64,000 nucleotides of DNA from Bacteroidota bacterium (lineage in GTDB: Bacteria; Bacteroidota; Ignavibacteria; UBA10030; BY39): NCBI GenBank assembly GCA_030017895.1, contig JASEGV010000005.1:5988-69987 (forward strand), read 5' to 3'. Within the stretch, counting starts at the first letter, position 1; the number at the start of each line of letters is the position of its first letter. The translations under genes were made by a program, and so were the position numbers. The notes under the pieces are model-generated. The model ran no database searches, was not told the origin of the DNA, and saw only the letters and a list, made by a program, of their open reading frames with translations. This document shows, piece after piece, positions 50,013 through 59,809 of this stretch.

Positions 50013-50441
50013 TTATAAGACATATCGCTTAATACCTTGTCCAATATTAACAACATTAAAGTTGATTAAATAACCTAAACGTTTGTTAGTTAATTTCAAA
50101 TGACTTAAAACTTGAGCTTCCCAAACAGGATTGATTAAATCCACTGCTTTAATTTCACAAATTATTTTATTCTCAACCAAAACATCCAATCGTAATCCCT
50201 CTTGAAATGTAATACCATCATAAACTATTGGGATATCCATTTGGCGCAAATATTCTAACCCCCTTTTTGTTAATTCGTGGCAAAAACAGATTTCATATAC
50301 TTTTTCCAGTAATCCTGGTCCGAGTGTTTTATGAACAGTATAAGCAGCATCGACAATTTTTTTTCCAATGCTTTCTAATTCCTGAGGTAAGGTGTCAAAA
50401 TCTTTTTTGTGATATTTTGTGTTTTGGTGATTTTGTGGCAT
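50013..50441 (-). CDS. GxxExxY protein (PD-(D/E)XK nuclease-like)
   Basis: 'LGPGLLEKVY', 'RLDVLVE..IICEIK', 'GYLINF'; flanked by an imperfect inverted repeat; true start may lie downstream of the repeat-encoded N-terminus. Confidence 0.92.
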   Translation of the reverse strand: MPQNHQNTKYHKKDFDTLPQELESIGKKIVDAAYTVHKTLGPGLLEKVYEICFCHELTKRGLEYLRQMDIPIVYDGITFQEGLRLDVLVENKIICEIKAVDLINPVWEAQVLSHLKLTNKRLGYLINFNVVNIGQGIKRYVL

Positions 50442-50449
50442 ATTATGTA

Positions 50450-51574
50450 TTATAATCTTAATTTTGTTAAATAGTTACGTGCTATCAATAATGCTTCAAC
50501 ATCTTCGGCAGTAAGAGGTACATCTATCACTCCACTTCCGATTTTTTCTATTAGTGTGTATAAAATAATATCCTCAACTGCTTTTTTATCTGTTTGTGTT
50601 GCTTCGACATAATCGGGAACGCTATAATTTTTCGGTAGGTCTGTGGGTAACCCAAAATGTGTCAGCAACATTTTAAGTTTAACTACCGATTTGCGATTCA
50701 GAATTTTCAAACGAAAAGCCATTTCAGCTTCTGCAACCATTCCGATTGAAACAGCAGCACCGTGAGGAATTTTGTAATTGCTTAATTTTTCAAGTGCATG
50801 ACCAATCGTATGCCCAAAATTCAAAATTCGTCTGTACGATTTTTCTTTTTCATCTTTGTTAACAACTTCAGCTTTTAATTCGCAGCAACGCTCGATAATA
50901 TTCTTCAACAACTTTGTATCACGAGAAAGAATTTTTTTGTAATTCCGAACGAGTAGTTCAAACAATTTTACATCAAGCGATGCACCGTATTTAACAACTT
51001 CGGCTAACCCATTCCGGTACTCTTCATCGGATATTGTTTGCAATGTCGAAACATCTATATATACTGTATCGGGTTGGTAGAATGCGCCAATCAGGTTCTT
51101 CCCAAGCGGGTGGTTGAGCCCAACTTTACCCCCAACACTGCTATCGACCTGTGCAAGTAAGGTTGTTGGAATTTGGATGAACGGAACTCCTCTGAACAAT
51201 GTTGCAGCTACAAAGCCGGCAATATCGCCGACAACTCCCCCACCGAGTGCAATAATTACTGAGTTTCTGTTAGCTCCTGATTTTATTAACTGATTTTCTA
51301 AATACTCTTTGGTCTTCCGTGTTTTTGATTTTTCACCAGCTTGAAATGTAAATACTTTTGAAGTAACACCTTGCCTTTTTAAAAAGTTATTAAAATTTCG
51401 TGCGTAAAGTTTTTCGACATTTGTATCAGTAATGATAAAACATTTCGATTTGGGAAATTTCTTAACAATATCGGCAGCCGCAAATGATAATGATCCGTCA
51501 TCTGACGGACCGATATAAATATCGTACGACTTTTTGTTATTGTTTGAAATTTTTACTTTTACTTTTTCGTGCAT
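50450..51574 (-). CDS. aroB: 3-dehydroquinate synthase
   Basis: GGGVVGD, PTTLLAQVDSSVGGK, NFGHTIGHA, HGAAV; likely ATG at 51574. Confidence 0.96.
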   Translation of the reverse strand: MHEKVKVKISNNNKKSYDIYIGPSDDGSLSFAAADIVKKFPKSKCFIITDTNVEKLYARNFNNFLKRQGVTSKVFTFQAGEKSKTRKTKEYLENQLIKSGANRNSVIIALGGGVVGDIAGFVAATLFRGVPFIQIPTTLLAQVDSSVGGKVGLNHPLGKNLIGAFYQPDTVYIDVSTLQTISDEEYRNGLAEVVKYGASLDVKLFELLVRNYKKILSRDTKLLKNIIERCCELKAEVVNKDEKEKSYRRILNFGHTIGHALEKLSNYKIPHGAAVSIGMVAEAEMAFRLKILNRKSVVKLKMLLTHFGLPTDLPKNYSVPDYVEATQTDKKAVEDIILYTLIEKIGSGVIDVPLTAEDVEALLIARNYLTKLRL

Positions 51575-51656
51575 ATGTAATTTAAACTTGTAATAATAGA
51601 ACACGGATACACACTGATTCAACGGAATCAGACGGATTGTTTTATCTGTGTTCGTT

Positions 51657-51969
51657 TCGAATTCTTTTTTTATCGTTAGTAACTGAAGTTACGCAGAATT
51701 GACTTTTTGTCAAAAAATAGCCTGAATTTGAGGTTTCAGATTCTTCTCCCGCTCTACGAGCGGGATCAGAATGACTCTTTTGCGTAACTTCAGTCATTAA
51801 CTAACAGGTCGACAAAATAATCACCAACTTCGAGCCCTTCGTAATGCACTTTTATATGCTTTTGCTGCTCAACTCTCAACCCGTGTCGTAGTAATTCAAT
51901 CTTAAGAGAGTTTTCGTAAACTTTATAAAATGCACCGATGATAATATTTGTTAATTCTTCATGTAACAT
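51657..51969 (-). pseudogene. Decayed GxxExxY gene, with internal deletion and MITE interruption
   Basis: Manual translation 51969->51790 gives MLHEELTNIIIGAFYKVY|ENSLKIEL...VGDYFVDLLVND*, with the stop supplied by the MITE; a C-terminal remnant 'TNDKKRIR' lies beyond the MITE. Confidence 0.85.
51683..51793 (+). mobile_element. MITE-A copy 4 (111 bp)
   Basis: Perfect TIRs; no TSD (adjacent deletion inferred). Confidence 0.9.
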
Positions 51970-51989
51970 ATTTGTCCGTGTATATCCGT

Positions 51990-52157
51990 CTAATCCGCGT
52001 TCATCTGTGTCCTATGCACCAAACTATTTTTTGCAAATTCTAATTCTTCAACCGAACGTTTGAGCTTTTCGGCTGCCTCTTCATCGGTGTAACCTGCCTC
52101 TTTTCTCACCCATTCAAGTAAACGATGATTAACCAAGGCAGGAATTGATCGAGCCAT
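51990..52157 (-). pseudogene. Truncated XRE-type HTH (N-terminus of an HTH-ImmA/IrrE-like protein)
   Basis: MARSIPALVNHRLLEWVRKEAGYTDEEAAEKLKRSVEELE, then runs into the GxxExxY flank repeats and stops (55 aa). Confidence 0.6.
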
Positions 52158-52264
52158 AGCTTATTTTTTTATCTTGTGATATCAATTGAAATTTCAAATT
52201 AATATAGTTAATGTTTTAGTCTATTTCAACTAATAACATTCGACTATTTCATGTAATAATCCAT

Positions 52265-55200
52265 TCAAAAATTATGAATCCCGTACTCTTCCATAATCTC
52301 CTTTGCCATCCGTTCAGCGACGCTCCAATCGTGCAACTTTTGATGTGCATCTTCTTCAAGGGATTTTCTGAGGTTTCTGACATAACGGTGATATTTTTTG
52401 AGTATCGACTCAACAACTTTGTCACTCTTGGGAATCTTCAATTGGTAAACATTTTCCTTTGCAAGAATCATGGCAAACTCTGCTATTGACTCGCCTTCGA
52501 TTTGAAGTATTAGTTTTCCGCTCTCATCCTTAAGTTCGTAATGCCCCATAAAATGTTCGGAGTGAAGTTTCTTACCAGTAGTTGGATGTGTTTCGCACTC
52601 AACTTTTAAATAATTATCATCGTAGAAATCTTCGGGGAATTTTCTTATTCCATCCGACAAACAATCTTTTATCACGGAAGCTTTTACCTGATCGTATGAT
52701 ATTTTTACTTTTTCTTTCTGCTGCTTCTTGCGCATTTTCGGCAGCTCAAGCCGCTCATGCACCATTTCACACAAACCCTCGTAAATGCGGGGTAGATATT
52801 CTTCAACATTGAGACCTAAAGCTTTAAGCACAGCCGCATCTAATGCCTTGCGATCTTTTTGTTTGATTTCCTCGAATATTGGTTTGATCTTTCTTTTTTC
52901 TAATTTAGAAATATCGAATTTTACATCGGTATCTGGGATGAGCATGTTTTCAACGTCCTCCACAGTAAACTCCTTAGCATTGCCATTATTAACATCTCTA
53001 CCGTATGCTTCAAGATGAAGAATGTTGAGAAAGGAGTTTAAGAAGACTAAAACACTCTCCTTATTAGGCTTGATGGAATAAAGACGCTTGTCTACTAAGA
53101 ATCTTTCTTTATTATGAAACGCTAAGAATCTATTTCGAGGTGCTGCAAGATAAAGGATCTCATCATCAATAACATTATTGATACCATACCAATATTTTCT
53201 GCTTTGGACAGATTTAATTTTTGGAAAACTCACGTTTTGCTCGTTTGTCTGTGTCTCACCCCACTCAATATATCTTAACGCTCCAACATCTCCCTGTTTT
53301 TTTAACTTTTCTTTCGATTCGTTACAAACGAAAAGTAATACTGTCACCTCATTTGATTCAATTAGTATTTTTTTAAATTGCGACGAGTCTTTGATAATTC
53401 TTTTTAAATATTTTTGTTCAATTTCGCCTTCCCATCCCCGATCGTTGCGGCATTGTACTCTCATGTCATTCTGAGTCCCGTTGCTCTTCAGACGGGACGA
53501 AGAATCTTTCTTTTCTATAGAAGTGAGGCCCTTCGCTTCGCTCAGGGTGACAATGGATGTGAGATAGAAAAATTCATTGATACCTGTCTTAATTCCGAAA
53601 CGCACATCGGCAATCTGCTTCAACGGCACAAGCTTATCTTTGCACTTTTCCAAAATCTCAAAGTAAACATCGGGCGCACGGAGATACTTTCCCCATTTTG
53701 CCAGATCTTCTTTCCCCTGAAGCTCGTGAATAATATCGGATTGCTTTACCATCCGTATGCGCATTTCATCTGTTTCCAAAGAAGAAATGACGTCGGAAAC
53801 TTTTCGTACTTTCTTATCGTGCTCAGCCGATTCGATCATGCTTACAATGCCGTCAATCCTATCCCACCTTTTCTGCGACTCAAGCCGAAGGTCACGAAAT
53901 GGAATAAGCTCTTCCAATTTCATTTTCAGCTTTACAAAATGGACGATGTTATCGCTTCTCGCTTGTGTATTCTCTTCACGCTCAAGAACCGTTACAATCG
54001 TATTTACTGCCGCATCTTCGAACCACGGCTCAGCCCACGATGCAATAATCATCTTGATTTTGAAGTGATCGAGGAAAAATTGTTTCATAACAGAGCCGTA
54101 AGAAACATCGAGCCACGAGTTTGATGTGATGATAGCGAATGCTCCATCCTTTGAGAGAAGCGTTGCAGTGTGAAGGAAAATGTAAGCGTAAATATCCGCC
54201 TGACCGGATAACTTTAACTCAACGTGTCCTTTTTCCACCCATCGCTGGATAGATTTTTTCTGTTCGGCCTCACTCAAACCACGTGCATTGGCGATGTCTT
54301 TCTCTTTTATACTTTTTAATTCGAAAAGCGAGGGGTAAGTAAGAAGGTATTCCTCTGCAAGTATTTTTGTTAAATCCTTTTTATATCCCTTTACTTTCTT
54401 TTCAATAAGTTCTTGGCGTATGTATGGGAAATTACCGACCAGCCCATGAAATTCAGGGATAGTCACGTCAATCTTGTCTTTGAAATATTTACCGGCGTGC
54501 GGTGGTGGAAACGGGAAGCTTTCCCCTTTACGAATTTCAAAAACATCCTTATGAACTACCCTTGGAAAATTATCGAAGTTTTTTACATCCTGCCTGAACA
54601 GATTAATCGTAGAAAGCTCAGCAGGGAATTTTCCGATATCGATTCCCCAGATTTGATTCAGTAACTGGTTGTGTGTTGCCCGATGTCCCGAAAGATAACG
54701 AAGCCGGTCGTACAGCCGGATTAAAAATGTTCCTGAGCCGCATGTCGGGTCTCCGTAAAATCCATCTTTGTCTTGAACGACAGTACCGATGATGAGATCA
54801 ACCAAATCTTCCCGTGTAAAGTATTGTCCAAGATTGTGTCTTTGTTCAGGATCTACTATTTCCTCAAACAACTCACCAATAACATCTTCAGGCAAATCCC
54901 CAAAATGATAAACCCGCAGCTCAGAAAACAATTCACGAAGATACGGATAAGCGGAATTGGGAATGCCAAGCCCTTCAATCGGTCCATCCACGAAAACAGC
55001 TTGCCAATCTTTTTCGCTTGCTTTCGTGAATGCAACCTTGAGCAGACGATTTAAATCCCGCTCATCGGATTGGTGCAGCTCGGGTAAATCTTCAAAGTAC
55101 CTGCTAACTGTAAGATAAAAGATGATTTTTGTTATCAACCCATAAACACGTTGGCGGGCTATAAGTTTGAAGAATTCACTATCCGAGGGATACGTTATGC

Positions 55201-55816
55201 CTTGCTTCGTAACGTACTCAGTGATCTTTGCTTTCTTTTTCTTATCACGGGATTCATCTTTGAAAAACTTTTCAAATTCAGGTATCAACTGTTGTGTTGA
55301 ATTGCGAAGAAGATTTACAAAATAAACTTTCTCCGGCTGAAATCTCTCAAATGATCCGACATCATGAAGCCGTATAACCTCTGAACAAATGCGGCGAATG
55401 TATGCTTTTATTGTTGCCTGAATATCTCCACGCAGCCAGTCATTTATGTTTGTGAGAATAGGTGTCGGCTCAGAACCAAGCGGTTCAAGTTTATTTCCCT
55501 TTACCTTGAACGCGTTGAGTGATTGGAAATCCCAAGTGTAAGCATATTCCACTTTTAGCTGGACAGCTTTTTGTCTGAATGTTTCTAAATTTTCTCTTGC
55601 AGCAAAAGGTGGTTTTAGTTCTAAGTACGTGTAAGCATCACGCGCTTGAAGGTTTTTCCAGATTACGAGATCGCCAAAACGAGTTGTTGTTTCTGTGGGA
55701 ATGCCGGGTTCATTCGTTGCTTCCGTGAAAGGAAAAGCATTTCGTTTGATATGCTCGTTGAACCATTCGGTAATCTTGCCGAGAAGTTCGCGTTCGTTTG
55801 TCTTTATTTTTCCCAT
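52265..55816 (-). CDS. Type IIG/IIL-like restriction-modification fusion (PD-(D/E)XK nuclease, N6-adenine MTase, TRD)
   Basis: N-terminal 'GDLVIW...LELK'; 'GQYFT', 'DPTCGSGTF' motif I, 'GNFPY' motif IV variant, 'ITSNSWLDVSYG'; ATG at 55816. Confidence 0.85.
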   Translation of the reverse strand: MGKIKTNERELLGKITEWFNEHIKRNAFPFTEATNEPGIPTETTTRFGDLVIWKNLQARDAYTYLELKPPFAARENLETFRQKAVQLKVEYAYTWDFQSLNAFKVKGNKLEPLGSEPTPILTNINDWLRGDIQATIKAYIRRICSEVIRLHDVGSFERFQPEKVYFVNLLRNSTQQLIPEFEKFFKDESRDKKKKAKITEYVTKQGITYPSDSEFFKLIARQRVYGLITKIIFYLTVSRYFEDLPELHQSDERDLNRLLKVAFTKASEKDWQAVFVDGPIEGLGIPNSAYPYLRELFSELRVYHFGDLPEDVIGELFEEIVDPEQRHNLGQYFTREDLVDLIIGTVVQDKDGFYGDPTCGSGTFLIRLYDRLRYLSGHRATHNQLLNQIWGIDIGKFPAELSTINLFRQDVKNFDNFPRVVHKDVFEIRKGESFPFPPPHAGKYFKDKIDVTIPEFHGLVGNFPYIRQELIEKKVKGYKKDLTKILAEEYLLTYPSLFELKSIKEKDIANARGLSEAEQKKSIQRWVEKGHVELKLSGQADIYAYIFLHTATLLSKDGAFAIITSNSWLDVSYGSVMKQFFLDHFKIKMIIASWAEPWFEDAAVNTIVTVLEREENTQARSDNIVHFVKLKMKLEELIPFRDLRLESQKRWDRIDGIVSMIESAEHDKKVRKVSDVISSLETDEMRIRMVKQSDIIHELQGKEDLAKWGKYLRAPDVYFEILEKCKDKLVPLKQIADVRFGIKTGINEFFYLTSIVTLSEAKGLTSIEKKDSSSRLKSNGTQNDMRVQCRNDRGWEGEIEQKYLKRIIKDSSQFKKILIESNEVTVLLFVCNESKEKLKKQGDVGALRYIEWGETQTNEQNVSFPKIKSVQSRKYWYGINNVIDDEILYLAAPRNRFLAFHNKERFLVDKRLYSIKPNKESVLVFLNSFLNILHLEAYGRDVNNGNAKEFTVEDVENMLIPDTDVKFDISKLEKRKIKPIFEEIKQKDRKALDAAVLKALGLNVEEYLPRIYEGLCEMVHERLELPKMRKKQQKEKVKISYDQVKASVIKDCLSDGIRKFPEDFYDDNYLKVECETHPTTGKKLHSEHFMGHYELKDESGKLILQIEGESIAEFAMILAKENVYQLKIPKSDKVVESILKKYHRYVRNLRKSLEEDAHQKLHDWSVAERMAKEIMEEYGIHNF
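53465..53551. repeat. Pair of GTCA-type REP-like palindromes inside the RM coding sequence
   Basis: GTCATTCTGAGTCCCG...CGGGACGAAGAATC (53465-53506) and CCCTTCGCTTCGCTCAGGGTGAC (53529-53551); frame preserved. Confidence 0.85.
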
Positions 55817-55936
55817 TATGCCGGATATTGGATGAATAAAAGTTGGTTTGATGATTATTAAGTTAATAATAGGTTGCCAGAAAAGCAAAACCAATAAATT
55901 CTTTGAAACAAGCCAATTTTTCTTTAGATTTAATTG

Positions 55937-58873
55937 ATGAAAACATCTAAGTCAGGCGAAAAGATTCAAAGAAGAAAGAACTCAACAAAGTACAAGAAGA
56001 ACGACCGTATTCTTACCAAAAATCTTATCATCCGCGGCGCACGGGTTCACAATCTCAAAAACATTAATTTAGAACTCCCCCGCAACCAACTTATTGTATT
56101 TACAGGAGTTAGCGGTTCGGGGAAATCGAGTTTAGCTTTTGATACAATCTATGCCGAAGGACAGCGCCGTTTTGTCGAAAGTTTATCAGCTTATGCCCGC
56201 CAATTTCTTGAACGAATGGATAAACCCGACGTTGATTCTATCGAGGGATTGAGTCCGGCTATTGCAATCGAACAAATCACTTCCACACGTAATCCTCGAT
56301 CGACAGTCGGTACAACCACTGAAATATATGACTATCTCCGACTTCTCTTTGCTCGAATCGGAAAAACCATTTGCCACAAATGTGGAAAATTCGTTCAACG
56401 CGACTCGGTTAAAACCGTACTCTCCAAATTAGAAACAGAGCTTGCTGATCTTTCCGAATCACGCCTTTATGTAATGTTCCCTTTGCAAACTCACACCAAA
56501 GCAAGTTTTAAGAAAGAAATCGAGAATATCAAGAAGCAGGGATTTATAAGAATCTTTTGTAAAAACGAGTTGATAGATTTAACAGAAATTTCCTCAACAA
56601 AACTTTGTACGAAGGAGTTAAACAAGAGCGATATATTTGTAGTAGTCGATAGAATAATTTTCAGAAAATCGGACGACACTACACGGCTTGCAGATTCGAT
56701 TGAAACAGCATTTAATCTTGGAAATGGTAATCTGATTTTAAAAGTTCTTGAGAACGATAAAACTTTACGATTCAACCAGCATTTTAATTGTGCTGATTGC
56801 AGCATCGGGTATGAAGAACCTGACCCGCGTTTGTTTTCGTTTAACAATCCTTATGGGGCTTGCCCTGTTTGTCAAGGTTTTGGGAAATCGGTAGGGATAG
56901 ATTTAGATTTGGTAATACCGAACAAATCGAAAACTATTCGTGATGGCGCCATTCAACCTTGGACTACACCCAAATGGAAAAAATATCTTGAAGATTTTAT
57001 AATAATTGCTGACGATGCGGGTGTTCGTTTAGATGTTCCGTTTTATGATTTAACTAAAGAAGAAATCAACATCATACTAAATGGATGGGATGGTTTCGCC
57101 GGTCTTTACAAATTTTTTAAGTTCATCGAAAGCAAATCGTATAAAATACATTACAGATATTTTTTAAGTCGCTTCCGTGGTTATACTACCTGCCAGGATT
57201 GTAATGGTTCACGTGTAAGAAAAGAAGCATTAAACATTCGTATTGCAGATAAGACAATTTTCGATGTTGTGCGGATGACGCTTGATCAGGCGTTCGTTTT
57301 TTTTAATCCGTCGTTTGACGGACAATTAAGTGAATTCGATTTTAATATTGCCAGCAGAATATTAGAAGAACTGAAACGCCGCTTGAAATATCTTGTTGAT
57401 GTTGGAATCGGATATCTCACACTCGACCGGTTATCGAACACTCTTTCGGGGGGCGAATCGCAACGGATTAATTTAGCTACATCTTTAGGTTCGTCGTTAA
57501 TGGGTGCTATTTATGTTTTAGATGAACCGAGTATCGGATTGCACCCGCGTGATAACGACAAACTTATCGGGATTCTTAAATCGATACGAGATGTGGGCAA
57601 TACCGTTATTGTAGTTGAACATGATTCAGATATGATGAAATCGGCAGATGTGATACTTGATTTAGGACCGGGGGCTGGCGAAAACGGCGGAAATGTAGTG
57701 TTTCAAGGGACTTACGATGAAATCAAAAGAGATTCAATGTCGCTTACCGGCAAGTATTTGAGCGGAAGGCTCGCTATTCCGCTCCCTAAAAATCGAAGAT
57801 TTAATGAGACCAAAAACCTTATCATAAAAGGTGCATCAGCAAACAACCTGAAAAATGTGGATGTCGAAATTCCACTGAATAAATTTGTATGTATCACCGG
57901 CGTGAGTGGTTCCGGTAAAAGCACATTGGTAATGGATATACTTTATCCGGCTCTCAAGAATATCAAAGCGAACAGTAGCGTTAATTCAGAAAATTTTCTC
58001 TCCGAAAATCTCAAGCATCTGCAGGGAAGCCAATTTATAGACGGCGTTGAATTGGTTGACCAATCCCCGATTGGTCGAACGCCGCGCTCGAACCCTGTTA
58101 CTTATATAAAAGTTTTTGATGCAATCCGAAATCTTTATGCAAACACGCAAGCTGCAAGAATCCGTGGATATACACCGGGAAGTTTTTCGTTCAACGTGGC
58201 TGCTGGCCGTTGCGATGCTTGCGAAGGAAGCGGTATCCAAGTTATCGAGATGCAGTTCCTTGCCGACTTGCAACTGACTTGCGATGTTTGTAAAGGAAAA
58301 CGCTTTAAAAAAGAAATACTCGAAGTCAAATACCACAGTAAAAATATAAGCGATGTTTTGAACCTGACTGTCTCGGAAGCAATAACATTTTTCAGTTCCG
58401 ATGTTTCAGCACGACGGATTGTCAAGCAATTACAGATTTTACTTGACGTAGGACTTGGATACATCCGGCTTGGGCAACAGGCAACAACACTATCGGGCGG
58501 TGAAGCACAACGAATAAAATTAGCCGCACACTTGTTAGCGCAGGATACAGGAGGTAGAAAACTTTTTATTTTCGATGAGCCGACAACAGGTTTACATTTC
58601 GATGATATTGCAAAACTTTTAAAATGCTTCGACGCCTTAATTATGGACGGACACTCAGTTCTCATCATCGAACATAATATGGATGTAATAAAATGCGCCG
58701 ATTGGATAATTGATTTAGGTCCCGAAGCCGGTGAGGCAGGCGGTCGTGTTGTTGCGGTTGGAACTCCCGAAGAAGTTGCTTTAAATAAAAACTCACATAC
58801 TGGAAAGTTTTTAAAAATAATTGATAGTATGCGGGAGTATTATTACCGAAACAAAAATTTACTCAGTTACTGA
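55937..58873 (+). CDS. uvrA: Excinuclease ABC subunit A
   Basis: [10 protein letters not shown], two GVSGSGKS Walker A motifs, zinc fingers, [16 protein letters not shown]. Confidence 0.96.
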   Translation: MKTSKSGEKIQRRKNSTKYKKNDRILTKNLIIRGARVHNLKNINLELPRNQLIVFTGVSGSGKSSLAFDTIYAEGQRRFVESLSAYARQFLERMDKPDVDSIEGLSPAIAIEQITSTRNPRSTVGTTTEIYDYLRLLFARIGKTICHKCGKFVQRDSVKTVLSKLETELADLSESRLYVMFPLQTHTKASFKKEIENIKKQGFIRIFCKNELIDLTEISSTKLCTKELNKSDIFVVVDRIIFRKSDDTTRLADSIETAFNLGNGNLILKVLENDKTLRFNQHFNCADCSIGYEEPDPRLFSFNNPYGACPVCQGFGKSVGIDLDLVIPNKSKTIRDGAIQPWTTPKWKKYLEDFIIIADDAGVRLDVPFYDLTKEEINIILNGWDGFAGLYKFFKFIESKSYKIHYRYFLSRFRGYTTCQDCNGSRVRKEALNIRIADKTIFDVVRMTLDQAFVFFNPSFDGQLSEFDFNIASRILEELKRRLKYLVDVGIGYLTLDRLSNTLSGGESQRINLATSLGSSLMGAIYVLDEPSIGLHPRDNDKLIGILKSIRDVGNTVIVVEHDSDMMKSADVILDLGPGAGENGGNVVFQGTYDEIKRDSMSLTGKYLSGRLAIPLPKNRRFNETKNLIIKGASANNLKNVDVEIPLNKFVCITGVSGSGKSTLVMDILYPALKNIKANSSVNSENFLSENLKHLQGSQFIDGVELVDQSPIGRTPRSNPVTYIKVFDAIRNLYANTQAARIRGYTPGSFSFNVAAGRCDACEGSGIQVIEMQFLADLQLTCDVCKGKRFKKEILEVKYHSKNISDVLNLTVSEAITFFSSDVSARRIVKQLQILLDVGLGYIRLGQQATTLSGGEAQRIKLAAHLLAQDTGGRKLFIFDEPTTGLHFDDIAKLLKCFDALIMDGHSVLIIEHNMDVIKCADWIIDLGPEAGEAGGRVVAVGTPEEVALNKNSHTGKFLKIIDSMREYYYRNKNLLSY

Positions 58874-58980
58874 AGTTACGCAAAAGAGTCATTCTGATCC
58901 CGCTCGTAGAGCGGGAGAAGAATCTGAAACCTCAAATTCAGACTATTTTTTGACAAAAAGTCAATTCTGCGTAACTTCAG
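58870..58980 (-). mobile_element. MITE-A copy 5 (111 bp), overlapping the uvrA stop
   Basis: Perfect TIRs; exact 7-bp TSD TCAGTTA (58863-58869 and 58981-58987). Confidence 0.93.
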
Positions 58981-59068
58981 TCAGTTAATAAGAAAAAGTA
59001 TAATGCCTTAATTCCACAATACCCCATCACTTAGTTCCTCTTCCTACCAATTATACTACCGAAGCAAC

Positions 59069-59119
59069 TTGCTATTATATTCAAACATTCATATATTCGA
59101 CTAATCAAATTTATTAGTC
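59069..59119 (+). promoter_or_regulatory. sigma70 promoter and putative TetR operator
   Basis: TTGCTA-N17-TATATT (59069-59097), followed by the inverted repeat GACTAAT-N7-ATTAGTC (59099-59119). Confidence 0.7.
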
Positions 59120-59140
59120 AAACAATTTCATAAATTAAAT

Positions 59141-59752
59141 ATGCCAGAAAATCAAGAAATTTCACAGGATTTAAAGAAAAATCAAATCCTCGCAGCCGCT
59201 AAACAGGTGTTTGGCAGGTTCGGATTTGCTAAAACCACACTCGATGATGTGGCAAATGCAGTCGGTATGAAAAAAGCTTCGCTCTACTATTACTACGACA
59301 GCAAGGAAGAACTTTTTAGGGATGTTGTAAAATCGGAGACGGATGAATTGGTAACAGAGTTGGAAAATAAAGTATTAACAATCACCGGTGTTCACGACCA
59401 ATTAACCATTTTTATAAAAACTCGCATCAATTATTTTCAGAAATTAATTAACCTTCATAACCTAACAGTAAATTCTATTTTAGAATTCAGACCAATATCA
59501 GAACTGCTCTACCGCGAATTTTTTGAGAAACAAATTCTGATAGTTGTAAAAATTTTTTCGGATGGACTGCAGAGAGGTGAATTGAAAAATGTTGATACCC
59601 ACAGAGCGGCGAATATATTCGTCTCGGCTATCGAATCAATCGCAACGAAAGTCCTTAGCAAAAGCAAGTCAACAAACGAAATAAATTATAAGTCTATCGA
59701 AAACGATTCGCTCTTCTTAACAGAGCTAATTATTAACGGACTTAAAAAATGA
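59141..59752 (+). CDS. TetR/AcrR family transcriptional regulator
   Basis: 'ILAAAKQVF...GFAKTTLDDVA...SLYYYYDSKEELF' HTH. Confidence 0.93.
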   Translation: MPENQEISQDLKKNQILAAAKQVFGRFGFAKTTLDDVANAVGMKKASLYYYYDSKEELFRDVVKSETDELVTELENKVLTITGVHDQLTIFIKTRINYFQKLINLHNLTVNSILEFRPISELLYREFFEKQILIVVKIFSDGLQRGELKNVDTHRAANIFVSAIESIATKVLSKSKSTNEINYKSIENDSLFLTELIINGLKK

Positions 59753-59809
59753 AATAAAGTTAATGGTTAATGGTTTGATGGGCCACATACCAATAGCTAA
59801 ATAAATTGT

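Noticed and set aside
51575..51622. Extended N-termini given by the ORF track for aroB (also the RM gene, 3466, 4488, 9013 and 11926)
   Set aside because: The extensions run through repeats or overlap upstream genes; downstream starts fit the family N-termini better
53414..54124. 236-aa + strand ORF
   Set aside because: Entirely antisense to the RM gene with no recognisable motifs
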